A stretch of DNA of 64,000 nucleotides from Camelus dromedarius. Its lineage: Eukaryota. The DNA is taken from assembly GCF_036321535.1 (NCBI RefSeq), contig NC_087438.1, positions 12,092,001-12,156,000 on the forward strand, in the 5' to 3' direction. A program made the position numbers and the translations under genes. The notes below the pieces were generated by a model. The model was not told where the DNA came from. It made no database searches and worked only from the letters and a program-made list of their open reading frames with translations. Every line of letters begins with the position of its first letter. Position 1 is the stretch's first letter. Shown one piece after another: positions 13,886 to 25,468 of the stretch.

Positions 13886-14748
13886 TGCCAGCGAGTGCTC
13901 CACTCCGGTGTCTGGGAATTACAGCTCTCGTCATCCTGAGTTCAGACACAGGGTTTCACCAGGAAATGCCAGGGTCACCTTCCCACTGCTGGGTAGGAGA
14001 CTGATAAAAGGGGGACGAGTAGAAGAGGGATATATTTGGATTTGTGTTTGACAAGAAAATCCCTCTGGGGTCTGGTCTGTGGAGAAAAGCATATCTGGGT
14101 GGGGAGCAGGTGGGGGGCATCAACGTGAAAGCATGGCGACCAATGAAGATGCTATCTGGGGCTAGCGCCAGGGAGCCAAAGCATGGCTTCCGACGACTTT
14201 TGCCCTGACACGTGCTCCACACCATCTGCACCTCCACACCTGTGCTTGTGCCCCACCCCAGTCCTAGTCACATCGACCTACCTGCTTTGGGCACCTGGAA
14301 CACTTCTTCCTTGAAACTCACCTGACCCTTGCCGTGTCACCTTGTTTGGCCATTTAGTATCTTCAAGCGCATTTGTCTGATCCCCATAACAACTTCTTGA
14401 GGGGCCTGGGATGGGACTGGTTCACTATGTCTGGCTAAGCAATGTTCCCGGCAGGCACTATTCTGGATTTCTTGGAACATGGGGAGAAAGAAGTTTCTGT
14501 TCTGGAGAAGCTCTAGTCACAATCTGGGGACTGATCAAGAAGAAATGAGAAGTGATGCTAAGCCAATCTGTGCTGATGAGAAATGCAGGGAGGGAGGTCA
14601 GGGAAATCATTTGAAATAGTGGACAAGAAGCATGAAGCAACCATCTCAAAACTGGGAACTATATTCCTTACCTAACACATGGAATCAAAATTCTAACTAT
14701 TGCCAATAATTGGTTACAAAGGAGATAAACTTCTATTACTACCTAAAA

Positions 14749-14966
14749 CAAGGGTTCACAAACCCTTTCTATAAAGGACCAGAGAGTAAATATCTTCAGC
14801 TTTGCAGGAGGTCCTGTCACAACTGGTCAACTCTACTGTCGTAGGGCAGTCACACCGACAGACACCACACAGATCAATGGGGAGAGACCTGTTCCAGTAA
14901 AACTTAATTCACATAAGCAGGTGGCAGGTTAGCTTTGGCCTCTCGGCTAAAGTTTCCTGACCCCTT
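14749..14966 (+). mobile_element. MER58A-like hAT-Charlie MITE
   Basis: CAAGGGTT..AAAC start, GTTCCAGTAAAACTT, ...TGACCCCT end; 8-bp TSD ACCTAAAA. Confidence 0.8.
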
Positions 14967-16379
14967 ACCTAAAAGATCAAAATTGTATACTTTGAAAATG
15001 GCAAAGCCAAACGTAGAATCCAAGTCCAATACTTTCCAGCATATCAGGGTGCTTTTCTTGGTTGCATGAAAGACATAAACATGCTGATTCAATTTAGTTT
15101 TACATCTACCTGTTTTGTTCCCCATTAGATAATAAGCTTTCGGTGGGTGAGGATTTTCATGCTCTTTAAAGCACGTATTTTTTATACCCAGTAGACAAAC
15201 TTTCCCAGGCTATATCAAAGATCCCAACGGATGAGAGAGATAATACAGAATTTTACTACAGCATACATGTGACCTCAACTTACAGTGCTGAGTAAAAAGT
15301 CTTATAAATAAAAAAATGTTTGCTTTCTTAGATTTCTAAAGTCTTTTTAGAGAGAAAGTAAATGAACTTTTTAAAGCTGTCTGGGACACTAAAAAAGAAT
15401 AAGGAATCTCTATAGGTACTATGTGGAATCAGACCTAAAATATTCTGGGAATAAAGCAAAAGCACAGAAGAATTTATCTTTTTATGTGTTTTAAAAAATA
15501 CATAAAAGGGGAAGGGGATGGAGATATATATGTGAGTATATATTTGAAATACTTTTGAAAGGATATTCAAGAAAATGATAAAAAAAAATAGTTGTTTGTG
15601 GGGTAAATGGGGGGATCATGGCTGGGAGGAAAAGGAACTTTACTCCTACCGTTTGAATGAAAAAACCCCACCTATTCTCTTCCAAGAGAATTAAAAATTA
15701 AAACAAGCAAAAAGTCAACTAGGTGTGCACATAAGTCTGCAGTCATGTCATGCTTCCTATCGATGCCTTTCTCTGTACCAAGCACAGACATTCAGAATTA
15801 TTCCACTGGCCACATTCAAAACTATTAATATCACAAATGACTGCATGTCAATCTGGTGAAATCAGAATAAACCCTGTGGATGGTGGAAACTCTGACAAGG
15901 CCACTCCCGGACACAAGCCGAGGTGGGAGTGAGTGGTAAGAGGAACTTACCAGGTTGGGGAACTGGTGCTGCTCACTGAGACCCACGGCCCCAGCTAGTT
16001 CTTTGGGTCAGTCAGTTACTCAACAAGCTACCATGTATTCCGCTCATGGAGATACGGGCTACAAGCGGGTGGAGAACCCTGACTCCGTGATCTTGGGTCT
16101 CAGCAATAGGAGATGATCTGACATCTGCACTTCAAGTCCTTAGATCTCTGTGATTTCATTGATCTTGTCTTTCACCTTCTCAGCTTCCTTAGAGCCACGT
16201 TCTGTGTTTCAAAAAGCAGCTGAGATGTCTACAGGTTTGTTTTTAGACCTGGTGATCAAGTGCATGAAACACACAGCCTCAACTCTTTGAAGCCAAAAGC
16301 ATTAAACCCAAAACACAACAAAAACACCACCAAGAAGCCCATTTGGTATCTAGAGCCAGCCCAATAAAGAAAATATACT

Positions 16380-17761
16380 GCACATTAGCTAATATCTTTT
16401 ATTGTCAGACTTTGAGCCAACAAACAATGACTCCACATGGCTGTCTGCAGGGGTAAGGCAAATTTCTTTTTGCTTTGTGGGTAGACTTAGTTGGCCTAAG
16501 TCTTTACAACTTTTCTGTATAAAAATAGAAGTCCAAGACCAGATTATTTCTCCTCTGGTCATAAATGCTGATTTATTTACAGGGGCCTCATTCAGACCAC
16601 CATTATAAACTTGGGGTAAAATACGTGTGTATTTTATTAAAGCCTCAATATTGAATATCTGGGTTCTTTAAAGATTCGCTCACGTGTTCCACTTTCAGAG
16701 AAGGCAGCATCTTTCTTCCGAATTCAAACGTGGTCATGTCACAATCTACCCAGAGTGATATGAACTAACCTTCAAGGAAACATTTTTTAACTTATATCTC
16801 TTAGAAACTAGAGACTCCAAAATGACTTCATACAGTTCTAAAAACAGCCCTGGGGCCCGCTGTTTGAGTGGTTTATAAATAGTTACTTGAAGGCTGTGTA
16901 TCTGTTTATAATACAGCAGACACAGACTGCAGATGTTGCTACCTGTAAAACAAAACTTGACTCAAAATGGGGCTTTCGAAATACAGCGAAGACAGGAAAA
17001 TCCAGGATTCTGGTTTTTTAATAAAACCACTTTGGAAAGTAACCGCTGACGACTCTTACGCTGAACCATTCAAATGTACAGACGTTACACCATTGCACAT
17101 CCTCTTTCCCTTTGCTTTCAATGCTCGTGGAACAGTGATTAAAGTGATGAGTTTATGAACACATGCATGCACAGGCAGGCACATACACTTAAAAGATGAG
17201 ACAAAGAGAAAAAGTTACTGCATGTCCCCGCGAGGAAGGCTGCCCGCAGCACTCCAACTAAAATAGACTGTCCCCTCCCTCTCCCTCCGCCCCCCACCCC
17301 CCACTCCCTCACCTTCCCACGAAGGGGAAATCAGGCTGGGAGGTTAGTGCAGAAGTGATGGATAAATGCTGCCCCCCCACCCCCAAGCTTAGTCAGTCTC
17401 CCCCAGAAGGGGGGTTAGCATCTCCCTTCAGTAGCACAGTTAAGGTGGATTAGCATTTGTTCCACAAGTTAAGGCACTTCTGGCTGCTTTGGTGGCAGCG
17501 TGGGTTTCATTTCCTCTCTTTTTAAGGCCTGGGTCATCTAAGAGAAGTAAAGCTTTGGAAATCGGGTTAAGGTTGACAGCTTAATGCACGATCACTGGCG
17601 GGGACAGGGCGAAAGGTCCCCCGAGACACCTCCCTCCAACGAGGGGCTTCCAGGAAGCCTGGGCAGCCCCGCTTCGGGCTCCAGGCGCCAGCGCCGGCTG
17701 AGCACTCGTGACCAGGGGCGGCGCGGGAAGATGCCGAGTTCCCGTGGGCTCGCGGCCGCCT
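16380..17761 (-). other. MYO10: MYO10 3'UTR, proximal form (~1.4 kb)
   Basis: Follows the stop; no recognisable repeats; ends near AATAAA with downstream U/GU-rich tract. Confidence 0.75.
16398..16403 (-). terminator. Poly(A) signal AATAAA, likely main proximal site
   Basis: tttatt on +; downstream GU/U-rich element on minus strand at ~16310-16375. Confidence 0.7.
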
Positions 17762-17863
17762 TCACCTGGAGCTGCCCTGGCTGCTCACGGAGCGCGACGC
17801 GCTGTAGCGCTTCTTCACGATCATGCTGATGTAGGCTTTCATGAGCTTGGCCACGTCCACTAC
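17762..17863 (-). CDS. MYO10: MYO10 last exon, coding part (102 nt) VVDVAKLMKAYISMIVKKRYSASRSVSSQGSSR*
   Basis: gcag|GTA acceptor; TGA at 17764-17762. Confidence 0.97.
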   Translation of the reverse strand, partial: VVDVAKLMKAYISMIVKKRYSASRSVSSQGSSR

Positions 17864-18102
17864 CTGCCCGGGAAGCAGAGTCGGCACATGGTCAGGAGTC
17901 TCTGCAGGTTCAGGGGGCCTGTCAACCAGACGGCCTCAGCCCGACCTCGGCAGACCAACCCGTCCTCCCAGCAAAAGCCAGCAGGTAGCCTGCCGTGCGA
18001 ATCCATGGGGCAGGCTGCGTGCGCACGAAGCCAAAAGGTCAGCTGCTTTCCCCTATTCCTAGGCAGGGAGAAAGGGAATCCTGGCTTTGCCAAATAGGAC
18101 GT

Positions 18103-18115
18103 TGCCACCTGGTGG
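18103..18115 (-). promoter_or_regulatory. CTCF-like motif CCACCAGGTGGCA
   Basis: Close match to CTCF core consensus. Confidence 0.55.
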
Positions 18116-19362
18116 TTGCCTCATGGAAAACTGATTTTTTGCATGTAAAATAAAGCTCCCACCCGATGACGCTTAAGTGTGTTGGTATGATTAGGGCCGG
18201 GATTACTGTTCCAGCTCAAAGAGTCAGCAACAGAGCCCACAAGCACAGCTTTTAAAGACTGGATCATATTGTGCTGGTCAGCTCCTCATGATGCAGCTGG
18301 AGAAACAGAACTAAGGTGCGAACCCCAGCCCGCACCCTTCTCCCCGCCCCCCCCCCCGCACATGCGCAGTTCTGCTCCCTGCCAGCTACGTGCTCGCAAA
18401 GAGCTATTTCACGATGCGGTCACTGTCCACTGTCGCCTCTCCTGGCCCGTCCCTCCCGATGGCTGGCCTGGATCTCTGTGAAGACATCCTACCTGGCTGC
18501 CATCTCCCTGTTCTCTCTTTCCTTCCAATCTCACCCCACATTATGTTTGTAAAAGCACTGCTGTCACACATCATGTCACTATCAAAGATCCCAGGGCAGT
18601 TCCCTATTGTCCACTAGAGTTGACCAAACCCAGCAGCCTGGCGCCTGGGACCCTCCAGTCAAAGGCCCCCACCTCTTTCCACCTCACTGCACATCTGCCG
18701 CCAGCCTTGTCTACCCGCACCTGTCCCTGCCTGCATCCTTGGTCTGATCACGGCCTCCTACCACCTCCTCGCCCTCACTTGACGCCATCAGTCCAACGAG
18801 CAGCGTGTGATTCATGCTCATTTCCCACCTCTGCCTGAGAGCAGCTCCCTGGGTGGAGACCTCAACAGGCTTCGTGTGTTATTACCATTATTACATTTTG
18901 AGCTTTGAAGTGGATGGCATACACACATAGAGGTGTTCTGTGACTTACTGTGAGCTAGAACTAGCTATGCCCAGGATGGTCTGCCCTCTCTCCCTCCTGC
19001 TCTGTGGACACCATCAGATCCTAGTCTCAAGGCTGTGATCCACTTGTCTAGTTTGGATTTTTTGCCAAACTATTTAATTTTTTTTGGATCTCTGTATCAT
19101 TTCCCTTTTTCTTTTTTTCCTCCAAAGGTAAGACCCCCCTGATACAAGGGAACCAAATTTCTCTGTTGCAAAGGTATACAGAAGAATTTTGGGGTTATCA
19201 GGTTTGGGCCTGCGGGAGACCTGCAGCTGAGAAGGGACCTGCAGGCTGTATTTTCATGTCTTAAAGCGAAATACCCAAATAAAATCACTTGGTCAAAGGC
19301 TCCAGGACACGAGGTGCCGTTGTTCTGTTTCGCCCAGGTCACAGACAAGAGTTGCCTCTTAC

Positions 19363-19554
19363 CTCACTGGTTTCAAAGAGCAGCTCCCTCTCATCGACAA
19401 CGATCTTGTACGTGTTGGCCAGGGGGGCCCCAAAGGAGAGGATGTGCTCGTACTGGAAGACTTCTAAGGGTCTTCCCTCCCCGCGCTTGTAGACAGAGAC
19501 AGCGTCGGCGCTGACGCCCAACCAGAGCTCCTGGGGAAAGCCGCCCTCCTTGCA
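19363..19554 (-). CDS. MYO10: MYO10 exon ~40 (192 nt), FERM F3 CKEGGFPQELWLGVSA...FETSE
   Basis: ctcag|TGC, GAG|gtaaga. Confidence 0.97.
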
Positions 19555-20355
19555 CTGAGGGGCAAGAGTGAGTGTAAGAGTTAGACCAGAAACAGAACAC
19601 GGGGGCCACAAGACAGGCTTTAAATCAAGCCCTCTGCACAGCGTACTGAAGGCATTCAACGTGTATTTACACCAGGGGAACTGAAATAGGAGAAACAGTA
19701 TCTCTTCGGCTATCTTGGTTGATTTCTGACTGGCTGATCAGGCCTGTGCATATGGGGGGATCTCGGTGGTCAATTCCAGCATCTTGCTGGGACTCTCCAC
19801 ATCATCACCCTCCTGGCCGTCTGAATTAGCTACACAGGGGTGGCCACAGCCAAGGAACTCAACAATGATCCCCCAGCCAGGTCTACTCTTCTGTCTCTAG
19901 TTCTGCCTCCAATCCTGTCCTGAGTGATTATTCTTCAAATACAAAATCCAGGATCACAGAGGAAAATTCTCCACATCTGTGCTGAGTAGCCAGCAATGAG
20001 CTTTTGTGTAGATGGTGGTTGATCTCACTGGCTTAACAACGGACTTTCTTGCACAGATCAGTGGAGGAAAATAGGAGCCTGGATGTGCAGGATGACAACA
20101 CAGGGCGATGGGAACCAGGAAGGATCTACATTGGTGACTCTGAGATGACGAGGTTCTGGTACCAAGCATCTGATTTATACTTAAAAACCAATGTAACAGA
20201 ATTAACCAACCCAAAGATAGCACCCAATGAAAAGTCATGAAAGGATCTTAGAATATACAATAAATATTTAGATTTTTTACAAAGCCTCATTTAAAAGTTG
20301 TCAGGTAACATGCTGAATGACTATGGTCATTAGAAAAACACATGCTCATCTAAAC

Positions 20356-20581
20356 CAGGGGTTGACAAACTTATCTGTTAAGGGACAGGCAGTAAATATT
20401 TTAGGCTTTGTGCTTTCTGGCACAGCTACTCAACTCTGCTGTTTGAGTGCGAAAGCAGCAGAGAAAAATGCATAAAAGAATGAGCATTGCTGTGTTCCAG
20501 TAAAACTTAATTTTCAAAAAAAAAAAAAAAAAAAAAAGGCAAGCAGGATTTGGCCCTCGTGCTGCAGTCTGCCAAGCCTTG
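20356..20581 (+). mobile_element. MER58A-like hAT-Charlie MITE with internal poly-A expansion
   Basis: CAGGGGTTGACAAACT..GTAAATATTTTAGGCTTTG..GTTCCAGTAAAACTT; imperfect TSD ATCTAAAC / ATCTAGAG. Confidence 0.8.
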
Positions 20582-21119
20582 ATCTAGAGTATTAATAAGA
20601 TTTTCTCTCAGTAAATAGCCTACTTAAAATATGCATGTATGTATATATACACACATGAAATCAGTACTGGGTTGATGCTAATTTTGCCAAATTCCAATTG
20701 TGTAACAGAAATTCTTCCCTGCAAACAGTCACGGGAAAAAATAAAAAAGTAAAATCCAAATATACCCCAAATTTGACTTTACGTACATTGTTCTAAAAAC
20801 TGGTTAATGCAGATTTTCACCAGCACTTTTTTTATTGGGTCTACAGCTGGTATAAGGAAGAATTAGAAGTTACTTAAGAATAGATGACATCTTAATTTTC
20901 CACTCACTTCTAATGTTACAAAAGCATTTACTATAAAGGAGGAAAAAAACTTGGGGTGGGTGGCTGGGAGGTTGTTAAGGATAAAATTGGGGGGGGGGGT
21001 GTCTAACAAAAGAGGGTGAGAGCGCAGTGTTCCACCCGGCCCTCCCTTCCTCGACTTGACCATGGTCTCACTGACTCAGGTACCCCCTCGTGTCGGAAAA
21101 TGCAGCAGCCAGCCCTCAC

Positions 21120-21572
21120 CTCCACATCAAAGAGCGTGGATCCGTATCCAGGCCACTCCTTGATCAAGGCCATGTACTTGGCCATGGCCTGTTCTTGGCT
21201 CATTCCCTGGAATTTCTTCCACTTGTCAATGATGCTGGCTCGAGCGGAGGAGACCTCTTCCTTGACCCACATGTCCAGCATCTGCTCCTCCTCCACCTTC
21301 TGCCGCACAACGGGCCCCGTCCGGAAGCTCCGCCTCAGCGTCCCCTCCAGGAAGCTGGTGCGCCTCCTCTCCAGCCGCTCGCACGGCGTGAAGGTCTTGG
21401 TGGACTGGCTGATGCGGGCCTTGAGCCTCTGCAGCGAGTATACCTCCTCGAGAGGCGGGACCGCGGCGTGCGGTGTGTGGTCCCCCTGCAGGTACTGGAG
21501 CCGCAGGGCAGCGAGGACTTGCAGGTTCTCCTCTGGGGCCGGGTAGTGGCCATGGATGACGGCTTCGTGGGC
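21120..21572 (-). CDS. MYO10: MYO10 exon ~39 (453 nt), FERM F2 with insert
   Basis: tgcag|GCC, GAG|gtgagg; WPGYGSTLFDVE. Confidence 0.97.
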
Positions 21573-21979
21573 CTGCAAGGAGGCGGGCAGCGGCTTTATG
21601 GGCCGGACACTGCGTCTCTAACAGGATGCCTGCCTGGCTTGCTCCCTTATTCCATTAGGATCGCTATCAAAGGCCACCTTCCCGAGAAACCGTACCCCAA
21701 CCCCCCTTTGCTGCTTTAAATTTCTCCCTGGCTCGGATACCATCTAACACATATATTTTATTTTAATTGTCCCCCCTCCACCTTCAACCAGAAGTTCCTG
21801 GTACAAAAGTTCAAATAGTATGTGTCAAAGTTTCATTCTACAAATGAATAAAAGAGCAGCCGACCCTGTCCATGCCAGGAAATCTACTCCCATACGTGAT
21901 TTGGAAGGACTAGCAGTTAACGTACGAAGGGTATTAACAGGTTTCAGCCCTGCTGCAGAGGAACCAGAGTCCCACTTAC

Positions 21980-22100
21980 CTGTTCAAACATAAAGGCAAA
22001 TTCCACGCTGTCTTTTGGCACGTTGTCTGTGTCCAGGAAGCAGTAAAGTTTGAAGTAGAACTTCCAGGGCTGGTCACCCACCTCTGATGTGGCAGCCAGC
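21980..22100 (-). CDS. MYO10: MYO10 exon ~38 (121 nt) LAATSEVGDQPWKFYFKLYCF...FMFEQ
   Basis: tctag|G, CAG|gtaagt. Confidence 0.97.
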
Positions 22101-22941
22101 CTAGACAGAAGTCGAGAGGGAGACTCAGAAAGCCAAACGAGACATGGGCCACGGGTGACCCACAGGGAGTTCACTTTATATGGTGTGTTCTCTCTAAGGC
22201 TTCATTCTGTCTGTGCTCAGATAGCAGAGCGCGTGGAGGTGGGAGGGAGGGAGGGAGAGGACACGCAGGAAGAGTGAGGCTTCTCAGAGTTCCCTGCTAA
22301 GCTGTTTACCCAGAGGTGAAAAGCATCCTTTCATCCTGGTTTTATCTGACAACAAACAGGCAGCCTTCAGTTAAACTGCACCAACAAGTCTTTTCTGCAT
22401 GTCCCAGTCTAGTTAGCCCTAGCCAAGCGTGATGCTGGATCCATATAAAGAAAAACAACACCTATTTCTTCATTCCTTTTACCAACTCTCCAACTACAAT
22501 ATTTATAAAAGCTAACACGAATATTAGGGAGGCTGTGTTTATACTGAGTAGGAATATACTTTGTGCTACTAGGGGGACATGAGAGCCATAAATAAAATAT
22601 TATGGCTCCAAGAGATACAAAGTGTGGTTGGAAGAGTTTATTAACTGGCTTCTGTCCACTCCGGCTAATGACAAGTGAAAACCTAGAATCAGAAAGTTCC
22701 AAGACAGTGGGTACAACAGGGGGCCAATAGAAAGAATGGGGTAGATGAACAATGATGGCGAACCCTATTTGAGACAGGGGCTCCATCTAGGAATCAAGGA
22801 AAACAGGCAACAAGGGGAGGTGAAAAATTAAATATGCTTCAACATGGGCAAAATAAGGCCCACTCAAATGTGCACCAAAGGCAAAAACGGCACAGAAGTT
22901 CAAACCTTCTTGAATCTGCTGGCACTTGGAAGGGAGCTTAC

Positions 22942-23078
22942 TTCTCAAACTTTGCCAACACATCGGCCACGATGGTCCGGCTCTCGATGGCTTTGTCGAC
23001 GTGCCCGTTGTACTCAAAGAGTGCGAACATGTTTCTGCTGTCCTCCATGGCCAGGCCCCGGATCAGCTTCTCCACCAC
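22942..23078 (-). CDS. MYO10: MYO10 exon ~37 (137 nt), FERM, VVEKLIRGLAMEDSRNMF...LAKFE
   Basis: ttccag|GTG, AA|gtaagc. Confidence 0.97.
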
Positions 23079-23781
23079 CTGGAAAACACAAGGTCTTCAG
23101 CTTCCGAAGCTGTGGTTCTAGAACGTGCCTTCATCAGAACCCGGAGGGAGCTGCCAGCCAAAGTGAGGGTCCAGGCAGCCTCCTAAGGCTGTCGGGGTGA
23201 AATTTCAAAGGTGCTGTTTTCCCTTGTTCTCCTGGCATCAGTTCTCTCTCTTCCTTGCCACAAAGAACTGGCCCAGCATTTGCCACTGGTAGGCACAGAG
23301 GCTGGGCCCGTTTCTTGCAAACCCATACTAGGAGGGTTTATGTGGAAACTGAAGCCCTTTTGTCCAACAACTTCATGAACTCATAGTGACTTTCACCAAC
23401 ATTTCTTCTACACGAGCTTTTCTGGGTTTTACTGAACTATTCCTTTTAGCCAATTGGTTTTATAATACTGTTTAAATGTTAAAAGAAAAAAGATAACGTG
23501 TCCACCCGACCCAACATTCTAGGTCTTTGCGTGGCACACAGAAACACTCCACCGCAGAAGTGTTGCGATAAACCCTCGTCATAGAGGGTGTACCTGAGTC
23601 AGGGTCCACAATCTCTACTAGATATTCAGTTGCTTCTCAGATTAGCAGGTTTAGGTCCGTTTCCTCTTTTAACTGAGCAGCTGCCCTATACAAATCACAA
23701 CCGGGCACAGGAGCCAACCTAACTGCACACAATTGTCCTAAGCACATGGGCAGTCAGGCGTCAAGCAGCGCCCTCCCTCAC

Positions 23782-23989
23782 CTCCCCGGCTGTGGTGTGG
23801 GAGCTGATGGTGATCTTGCAGGAGCCTCCACCATGGCAATACACCGTGGACGTCATCTCCTGCCTGTGGATCAGAGCTTCTATTTCATCCCGGGAAGGCA
23901 CGAACTCTCGGCATTTGGTTTTCTTAAGAGATTCGTAAATGAAGAGGGCGTATTTTTCCATCTCGGTTCCTGGAAACTGTTCCCGGATC
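23782..23989 (-). CDS. MYO10: MYO10 exon ~36 (208 nt), MyTH4 end / FERM start
   Basis: cctag|G, GAG|gtgagg; FVPSRDEIEAL. Confidence 0.97.
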
Positions 23990-24624
23990 CTAGGAGACAG
24001 ACACTAACTGTCAGTTGCCGGATTGAGGATGGCTGGCAGTGGGGAGCCAGGCAGCTTCAACGTGCTGCAGGCCAGCGCAGCCAACGGGTCCCTGTGATGA
24101 ACAGAGCAAGCGCCAGCCACTGCCTGAGCTTATCCCAGGAAGGTTTAGTCTAAAGACAGAAAACAAAAGAAAGAAAGAAAGAAAACCACCTCAAAGACCA
24201 AAGAGCCCACGTACGACTGGAGCAACTGCTGACAGCTGGCCTCCGCTGCGCTCTTGTGCTTAAAGAGCCCTCTGCCTCGTACCACTGGGTGAAAACTGCT
24301 TTTCCAACATTAATTAGACTGAATCAGACTGTTTCCACCTGTTTGATTTGGAACAAATATCCAAGCTTTTTTCCCCTCCTTGTTTATATAGGGTAGTGGT
24401 AATTAAATTCATCCCATGTCCTACACATCAGGACATTACACCAAGAATGACCGGGTCTCTGGACAGCCTTGCATGGCTTAGAGAGAAAAAGGATGGCTGC
24501 AAGCTTGCTCAGGGGACCCAGGAGCCTGACCCACACCAGGGATCTTCTGTTCCAGATCTGTGTCATCTGAACAGTGATCCACTGCACTGCCCGTGAGAAC
24601 AGCACTGCCCCGGCCCCCTGGTAC

Positions 24625-24922
24625 CTTTTGAGGTGGAACTTCAGGTACTTGAGGACCCCCCGGCTCGGCAGGAAGGTGCAGCTCAGGCACGTGAGGATCT
24701 GCCAGCTGTACAGGTTGCCCACACTGCCCGGGTGCGGCACCTGCGTGGTCTGCTTGATGAGCTGGCAGTACAGCTCGTCTCGCAGCGGCCGGAGGTCATG
24801 GCCCGTCTGGAGGATGCCCTGGATTATGGGGATGGGGTCAGACACGGATTCCAGCTGCTGAAGGGAATTGAATATCTTGATGGCCTCGTCCTGCAGTGTG
24901 GTGTAGCCTTTGTCTTTGAGCA
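24625..24922 (-). CDS. MYO10: MYO10 exon ~35 (298 nt), MyTH4 domain
   Basis: cccag|TG, AG|gtacca; LRDELYCQLIKQ motif. Confidence 0.97.
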
Positions 24923-25344
24923 CTGGGAAAAGGGAAACAAACACAAGTCACGTGAGGGGCTCGGGGAAGGTGTCATCCGAGCAGCAGACCAGAGGAAGGA
25001 ATGAGGACGAGAGCTAGGCCGTGATGCAGCACCCACCACGTGTCCCGGGAACCCCGAATCAGCTGTATGGAGGTGGGCAAGGAACTGAACGATTTCACTG
25101 TGCAAAATGCTTAAAAGCTTGTCTGTTGCCAGACAGGGTCCACACTTGGAAGGCAAGACGATGGTTAGGATCTGGTTCTCTGGGAAGCTAAGGCTACTCT
25201 GAGCTCACGGGCAGCGCTGGCACTTTCTTTAATGCAACAACCCTGGCATCACCACAACCCACAGACGCGAATGTGACTGAGCTCACGAGGTGACGGGGAA
25301 AGTGCACCCCAGTGTCCCGGGTTCGGGCAGAACTGGAGACTCAC

Positions 25345-25468
25345 AGTTGAGGTTTATGTCTCCGTAGGGCAGGGGCAGGAGCGGGGAGTGCAGGGGGTGG
25401 TGGGTGTGGCGCAGGATAGGGTTCCGCTTGTAAATCTGCTCCACCACGTCCGAGTTCAGGCAGTTCTC
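25345..25468 (-). CDS. MYO10: MYO10 exon ~34 (124 nt) ENCLNSDVVEQ...YGDINLN
   Basis: ccag|GAG, T|gtgagt. Confidence 0.97.
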
